DNA of 64,000 bases from Mobula hypostoma (Eukaryota). The stretch is taken from contig NC_086106.1 in NCBI RefSeq assembly GCF_963921235.1, positions 21,018,001-21,082,000 of the forward strand, in the 5' to 3' direction. Below the pieces are notes generated by a model, which worked only from the letters and a program-made list of their open reading frames with translations, was not told the DNA's origin and ran no database searches. Shown here one piece after another: positions 11,897-24,794 of the stretch; within the stretch, counting starts at the first letter, position 1; each line of letters begins with the position of its first letter. Position numbers and translations under genes: made by a program.

Positions 11897-14800
11897 GGAA
11901 AAGATGATTCATTTTCTGGCTATCCGGAACATTTTTATTTAACGTTCGACTGCCACAAAATTAACGAATCGAGAATTCATATATGTAGCAAGAGAACTAC
12001 ACCAATATTGCAAGTTTTTTACTTACGTAAATATGGCTATACATTCTAGCCTAGAACCTACCGTGGACATACCAGATTTAAAGATACCCAAAACGGATCG
12101 TGATCCAGAACGCTGCCATATGACTAAAGGTGATGGTATGTGTTTCTTTATTAATCCAGGATGTTTTTGACGCGTAACTGTCATTACAGACACATTTATA
12201 TCTAACAGTGAAGGTGTACTCCTTAAATGCATACCGTCTGATTTTCCTCGAGAATATACCTTCGCCAGTTTGGCTGGTATGTACATTCTCCCATAAATTG
12301 AATCGCGCGAGCTGCCAGAAACACTTTGAGATCAACCACGGCAATCTGGTCTCTGGCACTGAATCTGGTTCCGTGGTGCAGAAGGGAAAAAAGAAGATCA
12401 GGAATGAGTTAAGCATTGCGGATTCCATAGTGAGTGGAACTGACAGGAGGTTCTCTCAGCATGATAGAGATACCGGCATGGTGTGTTGCCTCACAGATTC
12501 CAGGGTACAGCATGTCTCGGATCGTGTGCGGAGTATTCTGAAGCGAGGGGCGGAAAAGCCAGGAGTCTTGGTGCACGTTGGTACTAATGATATAGGTAGA
12601 AAAAGAGAGATGGTCCTGAAGAGGGAATGCAGGGAGTTGGTTAGGAAGCTGAAAGGCACGACTTCCAGGGTAGTAATCTCAGGATTGCTGCCAGTGCCAC
12701 ATGCAAGCTAGTGCAAGAATATCATGATCAGGCGTATTAATGTGTGGTCGAGAGACTGGCATCGGGGATAGGGGTTCCGATTCTTAGATTATTGTGACCT
12801 CCTCTGGGGGAGGAACGAACAGTACAAAAGGAACGGTTTACACCTGAACACAAAGGGGTCCAATATCCTGTTGGTACATTTAATACAGCTGTTAAGGGGA
12901 ATTTAAACTAATTTGTCAGGGTGTTGGGAACGGGAATGATCGGGCTGAGCAAGGGGAAGACAGAAATAAGTCAAACATAGCATACAACAGAGATTATAGA
13001 AAGGACAGGTAGAAGATGAGGCTTGATAACAGCTAGTGGCGTGGGTTCGAGGGCAGTAGATGCGTGGTGCTGATAAAATAGAGAACAACAGATACTGGAC
13101 CGAAAGTGTTACATTTGGAAAGCACGCAGCATAAGGAATTAAATGGATAATCTTGTAAATCAGCTACAGATTGGAAAATATGACTTTGTGGCCACCTCTG
13201 AAACTTGGCTAAAGGATGGCACTATTGGGAGCTGAATGTCAAAGGATATACGGGGTATCAGGAAAATAGGTTAGTAGGCAGAGCGTTACTGCGGTACTGT
13301 GTATAAGAAGTAATATTAATTCATTCGAAAGTGATGACGTAGGATTGGAAGGCGTAGAGTTTTAATTGGTTGATTTAAGAAATCGCAAGCGTGAAAGGAC
13401 CCTAATGACAGTTGTATACAGGACTTCAAACAGCAGCCGGATGTGGAGTACAAATTACAGCAGGAATTAGACAAGCCGTGTCAGAAGGCAACATCATGAT
13501 AACCATTGGGGTTTTTAATATGAAGGTGGATTGGACAAACCGGGTCAGACCCTGAACTCAAGAGAGAAAATTGTAGAATGTCTGAGGGATGGCATTTCAC
13601 AGCAGCTTGTTGTTGAGCCAACTAGGGGATCGGATATGCTGGATTGGGCGTTGAGAAATAATCTGGTGATATGAGAGGCTAATGCTTAAGGAACACTGAG
13701 GGACCCGTGATCACAATATAATCGAGTCAACAAGACCAATAGAAACGAACATTTGCAGGAAGGACAGCAGCGGAGCAATGGCTGGAGATTCTGCGAAAAA
13801 TGAGGGAACTGCAAGACAGAAATATTGCAAATAAAAACAACTTTTTAAGGGGAAGATAGACAACACCGTGGCTGACAAGTGAATTCAAGAACCAAAGTAA
13901 AATCAAAAGATAGGCCATACAAGGAAGCTAGAGCTGGTGGGAAGGCAGAGGATTGGAAAGTTCCTAAAAACTTGCAGACTGAAACTAAGGAGGTCACGAG
14001 GAAAGAAAAGATCAATTATGAAAGAAAGCTGGAGACTAATTTCAAAGAAGAAACTAGAAGCTATGTTAAGTATATAAAGGGTAAAAGAGAGTGGAGTGTA
14101 GATATAAGACCAAAACAAAATGACGCTGGAGATATTATAATGGGACTTGCAGAGACGACAGAGGAACTGAATGCGAAATTTGCATCAATATTCACAGTGG
14201 AAGACGTCTCCAGTATACCGGACATTGAAGAGTCTATGGAAGTGAAGTTTGTGCAGTGAAAATTGCGACTGAGAATGTGTTTAAGAATCTTAATGGTCTG
14301 AGGATGGATAAATCTCCTGGACCGGTTGGAATGCACCCTAAGGTTCTGAAGGAAGTAGCTGGAGGATCACAGAGGTAATGACGATGACCATTCAATAATT
14401 GATAGATTCTGGTATTGCACGTGATAACTGGAAAATTGCAATTGTTATTCCGCTGTTTAGGAAGTGTCGAAGGCAGCAGACAGAAAACTAAAGACCTGTT
14501 AGCCTGGCATCAGTGCCTGGGAAGCGTTGGAATTGATTGTTGGTATGAAATTACGAAGTACTTGGATGCAAATGTCAAGATAGACCGAAGCGAAAATGTT
14601 TCTTCTGAAAGGTAAATCCTGACTAACAAACCGCCTGCAATTCTTTGAAGAAAATACAGGCAGGGTAGACAAAGAATATACAGTAGACGTGGTGTTCTTG
14701 GATTTTCAGAAGAACTTTGTCGCACATGGTGCAGCACAGGAAGCTGCTTAGCAAGATAAGAGCCCATAGAATTACAGGGTAGTTACCAACATGGGTGGAG

Positions 14801-17750
14801 CATTGGCTGGTGGGCATAAAACAGAAAATGGGAATAAGGGGATCCTATTCTGGCTGGTTGCCGATTGCCAGTGGAGTTTCACAGGGATTGGTTTTGGGAC
14901 CGCGGCTTTTCACTATGTTACTCAATGAACTGGACAGGGATATTAATGGATTTGTGGCTAAAATTGCCGATGATACAAAGATAGGTACAGGAGCGGGTAG
15001 TCTTGATGAAACAGAGAACCTGCAGAGAGACTTTGATAGTTTAGGGGAACGGGCAAAGAAGTGGCAAGTGAAATACAATGCCGGAAAGTGTATGGTCTTG
15101 ATCATTGGTGGAATAATTAAATTGTGCAGACTATTATTTAGATGGGGAGAATGACTTGAGAGTCATTGTGCAAGATACCCTAAAGGATAACCTCCAGGTT
15201 GAGACAATTTTGAGTAAGGCGAATGCAATATTGACACTGATTTCAAAAGGTGTAGAATATAAAAGCAGGGATGTGATGTTGAGGCTGTATAAGGCACTCG
15301 TGAGACCACAGTTGGAGTATTGTATGCATTTTTCGGCTCCTTATTTTAGAAAGGATATACTGACATTGGAGAGGTTTCACAGGAATGGGAGGGTTACACT
15401 ATGAGGAGTGTCTGGCAGCCCTCGGGCTATATTTCCTGGAATTCAGGAGAATGAGGGGGTACCTCATAGAAACATTCCGAATGTTAAAAGACCTGAATAG
15501 ATTAGATTTTTCAAAGTTATTTCCCATGGTAGGGTATTCTAGGACATGAGGGTACGACATCAGGCTTGAAGGATATTTATTTAGAACTCAGATGCAGAGA
15601 AATTACTTGTCGGAGTGTGGTAAATCTACGGCAATTATTTGCCGCCAGCGGCTGTGGAGGCCAACTTATAGAGTGTATTTTGGGCAGAGATGGATAGTTT
15701 CTTGATTAACCTGGGCATCCAGGGTTATTGGGGTAAAGGCAGTGGAGTGGGAATGACTGAAAGAATAGGATCAGTCAATGATTGAATGGCGGAGCAGAAT
15801 CGATGGGCCGAATAACCTGTATATGCTCCTTTATCTCATGGCGATATGGTCTTATGATTTACGGAGTTAACTAAAGACTGTCGGGAATCTGTTGTTATTA
15901 TCACCGGCAATTTTAACCATGCTACCTGAAAACATGAACTTTCCCTTATTCACCACCACGTCAGCTCATATGGTGTGCAGCTAATACAGTATTCACGACT
16001 ATTTCTGCAGCTTCATTAAAGATGGATTTCATGTCACATGTCGCACTCCGATGGACATTCTGACCACTCTATGATTCAGCTCATTTCTGCATACGAGTTT
16101 TCAGTTTGTAAAAATATGGTCTGATATGTCTAAAGATATATCAGGATTCTGCTTTGATTGCACTGATTTGAACAACTTTAAAAGTAGTAATGAAAGTATT
16201 GATGAATACCTTGATACATTTGCCTCCCATGTTCGCTATCGTGAAGCTGCCTTCTGACCAAATAACGAAATCAGCAAATTTAGCAATACCAAACCTGGTT
16301 CGTCGAAGATCTTAGTTAGCTTCATATGGTGGAGGAGGAACAATACAGAAAGTGGAGACAAAGCTGAGTTCTATATTTCCACTACATGCTGGAGCACGAA
16401 GCCTGAAATGCCAAAGACCAACGTTCAGTCAAACGGGAAACTAAGACTTCTGCAAGTATCTTTTCGTTTGTCCACCAAGTTCCTGTATCTATTACTGATA
16501 AAATAAGAAGTCCCCTCCTCGCCAGATGACCTCTTCCTGCCACTGGTTAAAAGTGATCTACAAACCTCTTTGTATATAGACCAATTATAATGTAGACTTT
16601 TCAAAGGCAGGTTATGTATTTTGTCAAATCGGTAACTCAGAACTTTTCCGATCCGCTGCATTTCGCCAACAGAGCCAGCAGATATGCAAATAATGTAGTT
16701 GACACTGCTATGCACTTCATACTACAGAATATCCTTTCCACTGCTATAAATATCAGGGATTCCCATTCCGATTTCATTTCAGTCTTCAATGCAATATTCC
16801 CTGAACTCCTGCCAGAGAAATGCTCCAATCATATCGTACCGGGCCCCGCCGCAACTTGAACCAAAGCATCCTCCCTGATGGATGCAGAAAGTGAGACTGG
16901 CCACCGACATGTTCACATCCCGCTTATTTAGAACCGTTGGGCGACAATCATGTGTTGAAACCCTCCCCTATTTTCTCCATCCGTCAAAGACAGCACTCCA
17001 GAGATCGACCAATTCAAATCTTAAACTTTGAACGCGGCGTAACTGACATTGGATTCACACTCGAGACATCAAATACAAGTACTGCCAGGAAGTAACGGAT
17101 TCCGGAATGCAGTCAAAACTGTGGAACTGCATATCGATTTGAACAGAAATCAGTCTGCCCTACTCTCATTCAATATTAAAAACTCCACAGTTAGCACCGT
17201 TTCGACATTTAGGTTCTTCCGCATCATTATCTAATGGTGGCTCACGGGGCAGATCCATATTTCCGTTATTATCAAAATAGCTGTGCACAGGATGTATCTT
17301 TTGTAGTATTTTGTAAAATTCCATCTTCCCCAGAGTATGCCCGTGCAATTCTTCACTGCCATTATAGGGAGCGACCTCTCAGTCGCCATTACTGTCCGCT
17401 TCCCTGCGTCATGCACTGACAATATGTGAAAATGACTGCGAACAGACAGGCCAGCAGAAGGATGATGGGCTACAGCCTACCTTGAGAACAGGACATGCAT
17501 GTTCTCGCAAGAACAACGCAGGCAGGAAAAAAAAAGCGCGAACACTATCCACCCAGCAGAATGTTATCCCTAATAAACGACAGAATTAGGAGATTTCAAG
17601 GGAGAAAGCGATCCAATATAAGCACGACTAAAGTGATTGATAGTGTCCGGAGTTCACTCATCTTCAGTGGAAATCCTGTTTACTTTCACCTATTTATACC
17701 CCTGATAATTTTACATACTGCTATCTTCCACGTTCTAAGGGTTTAGTTCG
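11897..17750 (+). mobile_element. Rex1/Babar-type LINE interrupted by a CR1 at about 12345-15855
   Basis: Degenerate EN motifs (K.KG.G.CF.IN, VYI.P, IITGNFNHA) and RT motifs (DPLHFANRA..NNVVDTAMHFILQ, KTVELHID, VSTFRF). Confidence 0.75.
12345..15855 (+). mobile_element. CR1-clade LINE nested in Rex1 (present in both duplication copies)
   Basis: Esterase ORF1 motifs (IADSIVSG, VHVGTNDIG; ORF 12208-12711) and RT motifs (SGVSQGLVLGP, KIADDTK, LYKALVRPQLEYC; 14795-15404). Confidence 0.85.
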
Positions 17751-18460
17751 TTACCCATTCAATCTTTCCATATAACTCAGGTAATCAAGCCCGGAAACCC
17801 CCTTGCAAATCTTTTCTGTACTCATTCGACTTCCTTTACATCTCTCATCTAGGTGGGTGTCCGGAACAGCTCTCAAGACTTCATATTAGGCCTCAGCAGC
17901 GTCCTATCCCACTTCAACGTAACATTTCATTATCTGTGGTACAACATTCAATAAATAATGGACCTGTTGTCCCAGATCACTTTGTGCACTACACTCTTCA
18001 ATGACATACTGTTCGCAGTGTAATTCCCGCACCTGTGTGTAATGAGATCGACCTGTCATTTTCAACTGTTTTTTTGGTCAGTTAGTCCGGCTCCCGCTGC
18101 CAACTCTGGCAATTATTTTCGTTCTCCAGTGTACCATTATTCTTGGAGTTATCGGCAAATTTACTGATCAGGTTAACCAAGTTATCATTGAAATCATTAT
18201 CTAGATGACAAACAAGAACAGACCGAGAACTGATCCGTGCAGCACTCTACTTGTCATCGGACTCCATTCAGAGAAACACCCATTTCCGCTTCTCCCACAA
18301 GGCCAATATCTAATCAAAATAACTATCTTATCTTGAATGGCAAATAACTTAACCTTCTTGAGCAATCTCCCATTGAGAACTTTGCGAAATGCGTGGCTAA
18401 CGTTCATGTAGATAACATTCTCCGCCTTGTCGTTTGCAGTCTTACCCTGAATAATTATTT
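17750..18460 (-). mobile_element. CR1 RT fragment
   Basis: ORF 18201-18407 has GRLLKKVK...SRVLHGSVLGLFLFVI. Confidence 0.65.
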
Positions 18461-19429
18461 TGCACTCACAGCAACATTATCAGTTGTTCAGCATTGCAAA
18501 ATTTGCAAATATATTCGATGATTTCTCCAACGGCTAATTCTTTAAATTTTCGAGGCAATACGTAGGTCAGGTGAGCAACCGGTGTTTACTATATTGCTTT
18601 ACCGTGACCTCTTCCACAACTGTGAGTGCAACGGAGAGCTGAGCATGATAGAGTTCACGTGAGGCATTGGGCGTAATCTCATGAGCTCCTTCTTTATTTT
18701 CTTCATTTAATGTATTTTAGTACTTAAAAAAAAAACAATTTTCTTTGTCAGATTTTTCATTATCGCCCTCATCTCTCTGATCCTTTTCGTCTCGTTATTT
18801 TTTTTCCGTTACTTTTCCTGCCTCATTTGCAATATTGATAAACGTCCTTACCATTTACTTCTCAGTACATTAGCAATAATCCCGCACTTATTTCATTTGA
18901 TTCCGCCATGTCTCCTAAAGATGTAACAATCGGGTTAAATTACTACCGTTGTTTAAACGCTAGGTCAGTAAGTGTTCGTAATGCGGGCGGAAAACAAACC
19001 ACAAGGAAGACAGTAGATGCACACCATAAGTTTTGAGGATAGGATTGAACTGTGCTCAGTGGAATAGCCAAGCAGAAATTCAACTGACTGGGGAATAGTG
19101 CAGCAACCAATATATGACCGTGTTCCAAAGAAGAACTTTCTGAAAATGAAGGATTTTTAATTTCCTTTTACAACTTTATCACATGCATTTTGCACTGACC
19201 TATTTTTGCAACAGCAGAAGAATTTCTGAAGTAGAGTCCTTTGTCTCTAATTCCAAAGTATTGCAGCCTTTATATTCCAGGTCAATAGCGGCCAAGTGGG
19301 GGTGAGACATATCTTAGGCTAGTCTCATTTCTTTCATTAACAGTTTTAATCATTGTCTTCTCCAGATTACATATTAATTTAATGTGTTCCTGTGCTTTCT
19401 GCAAATTGTGATATGCATTGGATCTCCAG

Positions 19430-20290
19430 ACACCATGACGGGATGTTTGGATTTATTTACAAGTCAGCTCACCTGCACTCATGTCATATACTTCTGAGAG
19501 TTCAGGAAGTGCACAGGAAGTCACCAGAGGCCAGTTGGGCTTAGAACAGCGATACTGTAGTCCCTGGAAAGGCTGATTATGGGTCCTCAAATCCATAACT
19601 CAGAATTTTCCAGTTCCGCTGTAATTCGCGACAGAGCCAACGCCACTGCAGATGACGTCGTTAACGTCGGTATGCACTTTATATTTCAGCATATCGATTC
19701 TGCTGATGAATATGTCAGAAATGTCTCTCTCATTTCAGTTCAGCCTTCATTAAAGTCTACTCTTTGCATCTACAAGAGAACGGCTCCAAATTTGCGGTAT
19801 CAGGTCTCATCTGCTGCTTGATCAACAGCATCCCATTTAACAGGGGACAAGACGTGAGACCTAATCCGCACATGACCATATGCCACTGAGCCAGAACCAC
19901 TGCGCTACAGCAACCCGCTCCTATTTTCGCTATATGACAATGACAGCGTTTCAAAAACCGACCTGTTAAACTGATAAGGTTTGCAGACGACACCTCTGTC
20001 ATTGGGATAATATCCAGAGGTGTCGTGCATGTAAATTAACAATCCAGTGTGCTGGTAAAAGCAAAATACCTTGGAGCTGAAAGTCCTCAAAACTGCTGGA
20101 ATGCATTTCGATTTGAAGAGAAATGTGTCTGCTCTTCGCCAACTGATCATCAAAAACGCTACAGGTAGTACCCAATCAACCTCATGGCCCCTGGGCATCA
20201 TTATTACGGAGGATCTAATGTAAGACAGCCATATCTACGTTATTACCAAATGCCTCTGCCCACGATATACTTCTTGTGGCATTTAGTGGA
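19430..20290 (+). mobile_element. Rex1/Babar RT fragment
   Basis: ORF 19579-19821 has RANATADDVVNVGMHFIFQHIDS. Paralog at about 45120-45960. Confidence 0.6.
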
Positions 20291-21457
20291 ATTCAAAGTT
20301 AATTTATGATCAACCCATGCAAATTGAAGTTCTCTTCTCCTTTCAAGTACGACTTCAAAAAAGAAAAAAAAAGCAGCACGATCATCAGCCGCCCCAAAAT
20401 AACTCCTCCCCGCACAAAACACGAACTTAAGGGAACAGGCATATCAATCCCCAAATTCTCTCTCTCTCCGCATAAATAAAAACGAACAAAAACAGAACAG
20501 CCACATCTTCCTTCAAATACCGCCTCCCGCAGAAAATATAAATACTGAGCAAAACGGAACACCCAGATCGACCACACAAAATCCCATACCCCGACCAAAG
20601 ACTCCAACCAAAACGCAACATGCAGAATGACCCGACATTCCTTCTCCCGAGCAAATATGGAACAGGCACGTTGACTCCGAATTGCCCACCCGGCACAAAA
20701 CAAAAAAAAACACAAAATATCGGGGGAAGACCGAGAATATAAATAGCTGTAAGACTGAAAAAAAAAATCTGCAGATAGTTATAGATGGGAAAAAATGCCG
20801 TTACCACTGACACAATGGCGGGTGCATAGGGAGCATGGCCTGAGACTCGGAATCGGCTCCCAGAACTAGAGGAGACATGAACAGGCTAGGGTATGGACTC
20901 CGAGCCCGAGACTGGGCTTGGGTCTTGCCTCGGGCTCGGACCCCAGAACCAGGCATGGACATGACATGGGCTAGGGAGAGGAGGAACATGGGAACACAGA
21001 GCCTCGGTCTCGGGAGAGCAGGTATATGGATCCATGGACACATACCCAGAACACAGAGCCGGGAGCCCTCCTTGGGTACAGGACATAGGGCCGGGACTCA
21101 TGACCCTCCGCGGGGCAACGGCAAGACAGCCTGAACTACCCCACGGAGGCGAGGACAAGACAAGACAAGACAAGACTTGTCTTTCCGTGCAGCAACGACA
21201 AGAGGCCTCACTTACCCCCACGGAGGCGAGGACAGGATAAGATAAGACCAACACGAATGAACACCAGACAGTACCTATCTGGCTCTGGCGATGGAACTAG
21301 ACCGAAGTGCAGGCAGGGGATGTAGACGACGGCTAGAGGCGAGAGGGGCAGAGAAGGGATTCAGATAAGTGGGTAGAACAGGAATCAGAGCGCCAGGGCC
21401 GGGACTCGACTCAGAACTGGGAAGCCGTCAGCTCCATGACTTGATTGGTGCTTGAAT

Positions 21458-21590
21458 GCCGCTGGGCAGGGGACTTGACTAGATGCTTGAATGCCGCCAG
21501 GGCCAGGACTTGACTAGGTGCTTGAATGCCGCAAGGGTCAGGACTTGATTTGGTACTTGAATGCCCCCGGAGCCAGGACTTGACTTGGAG
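21458..21590. repeat. 35-bp minisatellite in LTR-like repeat 1 (4 units)
   Basis: Units start at 21458, 21493, 21528 and 21563. Confidence 0.85.
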
Positions 21591-23040
21591 CCTCCGGGTA
21601 GTGGCGAGGTCTCGACTCGGCCCGGGAACAGTAGACAGTGGTTCTTGATTCCCTCCGGCGGGTTAACTGACGGACCCGCCTCAGTGAGGAAACTTTGCAG
21701 GCTCGCTTTGGCGAGGTAACTGGACAGGGTTGCTCCGGTGAGGAGAGGCGAATTACCGGCACTCGCTCTGCAGAGACTACGCTTGCTCCGGCCAGATGAC
21801 GTCGACACACCGTACCTTAGATGACTTTGCAGACGCTCCCGTGCCGAACGGCTTAATGCAGGGGACTACAAACTACTGATTCAGCCAAGCGTTAATTGCC
21901 TCTATTCACCGAAGTCGAGGGACACGGGAAAACCGGAATCAACGGTCCGGATCGTAGCATAAACAAGGTAAATTTTAAGGGAATCCGATCCGGACCATGA
22001 TAATAGCCCTCTCCTAGTGGGAGCCTCCATGCGACCAAGAGATTTGCCTGTATTTTCGATGACCCGGTTGGGTGGGGGGTATTTGGCCGGCGGGCAAACC
22101 AGAACAACAACACTTTGACTTTCAGGCTGACGACAGTTTGTAAAAACACTTTGTGTTTGCTGGGTCCATTTTTGGCGAGAGCGTTATGTCACAATAGCGG
22201 GAGCACAGGTGGCAAGGGTGGACACAAATGCAAGACACATATTGTGAGGTTATTTAAATATAGTTTATTGTTCAATATCAGGAGAGCTAGGTAGGAGCAG
22301 GAGTAGCGAACTGGACAAGGATTGAGGACTACGACTAGGCTGGGACCAAGGGTCTGGACTAAGACTCGGAATCGGATCCCAGAACCAGAGGAGACATGAA
22401 CAAGCTAGGGTATGGACTCCGAGCCCGAGACTGGGCAAGGACTCAGTAGCTGGGAATTGTATCGGGCTCGGACCCCAGAACCAGGCATAAACATGTCATG
22501 GGCTAGGCTGAGGAGGAACACCGGGACACAGAGCCTCGGTCTCGGGAGAGCAGGTCCATGGAACCATGGACAAATACACAGTACACAGAGTCGGGGCCCC
22601 TCCTTGGGTACAGGACATAGGGCCGGGAGTCACACACAGAACAGAGAGCCGGGACGCCTCATTGGGTACAGGACATAGGGCCGGGGTCATCACCCTCCGC
22701 GGGGCAACGGCAAGACGGCCTCACTTACCCCACAGAGGTAAGGACAGAACAAGACATGACTCCGCGCGGGGCAACAGCAAGACGGGCAGACTTACCCCCA
22801 CGGAGGCGAGTACGAGACAAGACAAAACCAACACGAATGAACACCGGACAGTACTTATCTAGCTCCGGCGATGGATCTAGACCGAGGTGAAGGTGGGGGC
22901 TGCAGACGAGAGATAGAGGCGAGAGGGGCAAAGAAGGGATTCAGACAAGGGGGTAGAACAGGAATCACAGACCTCCAGGGCCACGATTCGACTCAGAACT
23001 CGGAAGCCATTACGCCCAGGACATTACGTGGTGCTTGGAT

Positions 23041-23385
23041 GCCGCCAGGGCCAGGACCTGACTTGGTGCCTGGATGCCGCCAGGACCAGGATTTGACTGG
23101 GTGCTAGAATGCCGTCAGGGACAGGACTTGACTAGGTTCTAGAATGCCGCCAGGGCCAGGACTTGATTGCGTGCTAGAATGCCGCAAGAGACAGGACTTG
23201 ACATGGTGCCAGAATGCGGCCGGGGCCAGGACTTGACTTCGCGCTTGAATGTCGCCAGGGCCAGAACTTGACTTGGCGCTAGAGTGCCGGCAGGGCCAGG
23301 ACTAAATTTGATGATAGAATGCCGCCAGGATCAGGACTTGACTTGCTGTTTGAATGCCGCCAGGGCCAGGACTTGGCTTGGAGCC
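23041..23385. repeat. 35-bp minisatellite in LTR-like repeat 2 (10 units)
   Basis: Consensus gccgccagggccaggacttgacttggtgctagaat. Units start every 35 bp from 23041 to 23356. Confidence 0.9.
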
Positions 23386-24324
23386 TCCGGGTAGTGGCGA
23401 GCTCTCGACTCGGCCCGGGAACAGCAAACAACGATTCTTGATTCCCTCCGGCGGGTTAACTGACGGACCCGCCTCAGTGAGGACACTTTGCAAGCTCGCT
23501 TTGGCGAGGTAGCTGGACAGGGTTGCTCCGGTGAGGAGAGGCGAATTACCGGCACTCGCTCGGCAGAGACTACGCTTGCTCCGGCCAGATGACGTCGACA
23601 CACCGTACCTTATATGACTTTGCAGACGCTCCCACGCCGAACGGCTGAAAGCCGGAGATTATAAACTACTGATTCAGCCGAGCGTTAATTGCCTCAATTC
23701 ACCGAAGTCGAGGGACACGGGAAAACAGGAATCAACGGTCCGGATCGTAACATAACGAAGGTAAATTTAAAGGGAACCCGATGCGACCATGAAAATTACA
23801 ATTTATGTTCTGGAATTTATCTGATATCATGTGGCTTGGCTTCTTTTCAACAGATAAGATGGGTCACGGAACATGTTGTTCGATAGTGTGTGGCTGACTT
23901 ATGAAGGAGCAGATGATTTGTGTAGGTTTGACGTGAAAAATTAAAGCAGGTTTTTTTAATAGATTGCACGCCAGGGAAATATTAATGGTTTCAGCGTCAT
24001 TTCCCACACATTTTACCCGTCGTGCAAACACGCAGCTGGCCTAACAAGAGTCAAAGCCAAGGTACGACATGATTTCAGTTATTCCAAAACTCGGGGATTT
24101 CAGGAGATGAAGAACGAAAAGATAACATAAGAGCTGCTGGCGTAAATAACTATTGATTCGTTATTAAACGTAGACTTTTAGGAATATGTTGTTTTGTTTA
24201 TTAACGCCTATTCTAATAACTGTTGCAGTGCCTGGAACTGGGTGGCATATCTATCAGTGAGACCGATTAATGATATGTGGGTTTCTCTGCTCGCGCGATT
24301 GCTTGTGGTTGCACTTTCTCATTG

Positions 24325-24363
24325 AGTTTTTGTACAGCAACAGATGGACGTCAACACACCGTG
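24325..24363 (-). other. 23-bp-spacer recombination signal sequence of V1
   Basis: Heptamer CACGGTG (24363-24357), exactly 23 nt of spacer, nonamer ACAAAAACT (24333-24325). Confidence 0.95.
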
Positions 24364-24667
24364 ACACTCATCGCACAGAAGTAAAACCCAGAGTCCTGGG
24401 TATCTGCACGTTTAATTGTTAATGGTATATTCTTCCCGTCGTTGGTCTGGTCAGCCTCGAACTTTCCTTTTGCAAAATCCGCATCTTTTCTGTTACTTTT
24501 ATCCCGGTATAATATAAAGCGCAAGGGCTGATTATTTTGCTGTTGATACCAATATAGATCAGGGTCGCTGTGACTTGATGTGTAGCTACACTGTATTTCC
24601 ACATCATCACCTTCCACCGCGTCCAACACGGCCTGGGGCTGTGTCACCGAATCTGCCTGAATATGTA
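24364..24667 (-). CDS. TCR alpha/delta-type V segment 1, V exon
   Basis: Acceptor tttttatttaag, phase 1. Reads (V)HIQADSVTQP...IQCSY...LYWYQQ...DSGFYFCAMS, with canonical Cys, Trp and Cys, no stops, ending at the RSS. Confidence 0.92.
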
Positions 24668-24754
24668 CTTAAATAAAAAGGTGATATCAGTGCTAAGTTG
24701 GAAGGTCGTTAATAATATGGAAACGTAATAGATTTAAAGCCAGACCAGACTTAC

Positions 24755-24794
24755 CGAATAACGTCCATAATACAACGAGAACAGGGAGAGACAT
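24755..24794 (-). CDS. V1 leader exon (MSLPVLVVLWTLF)
   Basis: ATG at 24794, hydrophobic signal peptide, G|GTAAGT donor, and an 87-nt intron that splices in frame to the V exon. Confidence 0.9.

Larger units (their letters stand above)
20808..23792 (-). mobile_element. Non-autonomous tandem LTR-like (Gypsy/chromovirus-derived) insertion, copy 1 only
   Basis: Repeat 1 is 20808-21959, a 227-bp spacer 21960-22186 carries ATGGACCCAGCA (MDPA gag-like start), repeat 2 is 22187-23752 (TG...CA), and a 40-bp spacer copy follows at 23753-23792. The empty site is present in copy 2 at about 46451-46480. Confidence 0.7.

Noticed and set aside
11637-12049. ORFs containing X runs (also 28829-29138)
   Set aside because: They read through assembly gaps.
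18852-18914. Exon-like 63-nt segment on the minus strand (good AG and GTAAGG, ATGGCGGAATCA...), also in copy 2
   Set aside because: All three frames contain stops here, and the ATG frame is also closed in copy 2. At best a non-coding or dead exon.
23041-23385. Regular 35-bp repeats resembling a CRISPR array
   Set aside because: The units abut with no unique spacers, lie inside an LTR-like repeat, and the context is vertebrate with no cas genes.
21479-23603. Paired overlapping ORFs (MSTSSGRSKRS... and MCRRHLAGAS...) conserved in two places
   Set aside because: They lie in the two GC-rich LTR-like repeats, start at GTG and show no recognisable domain. Repeat identity explains the conservation.
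300-24300. J, D or C segments downstream of the V genes
   Set aside because: By eye I found no FGxG J motif with a 12-RSS, no RSS-flanked D and no C1-set exon. They must lie outside the window or be absent.
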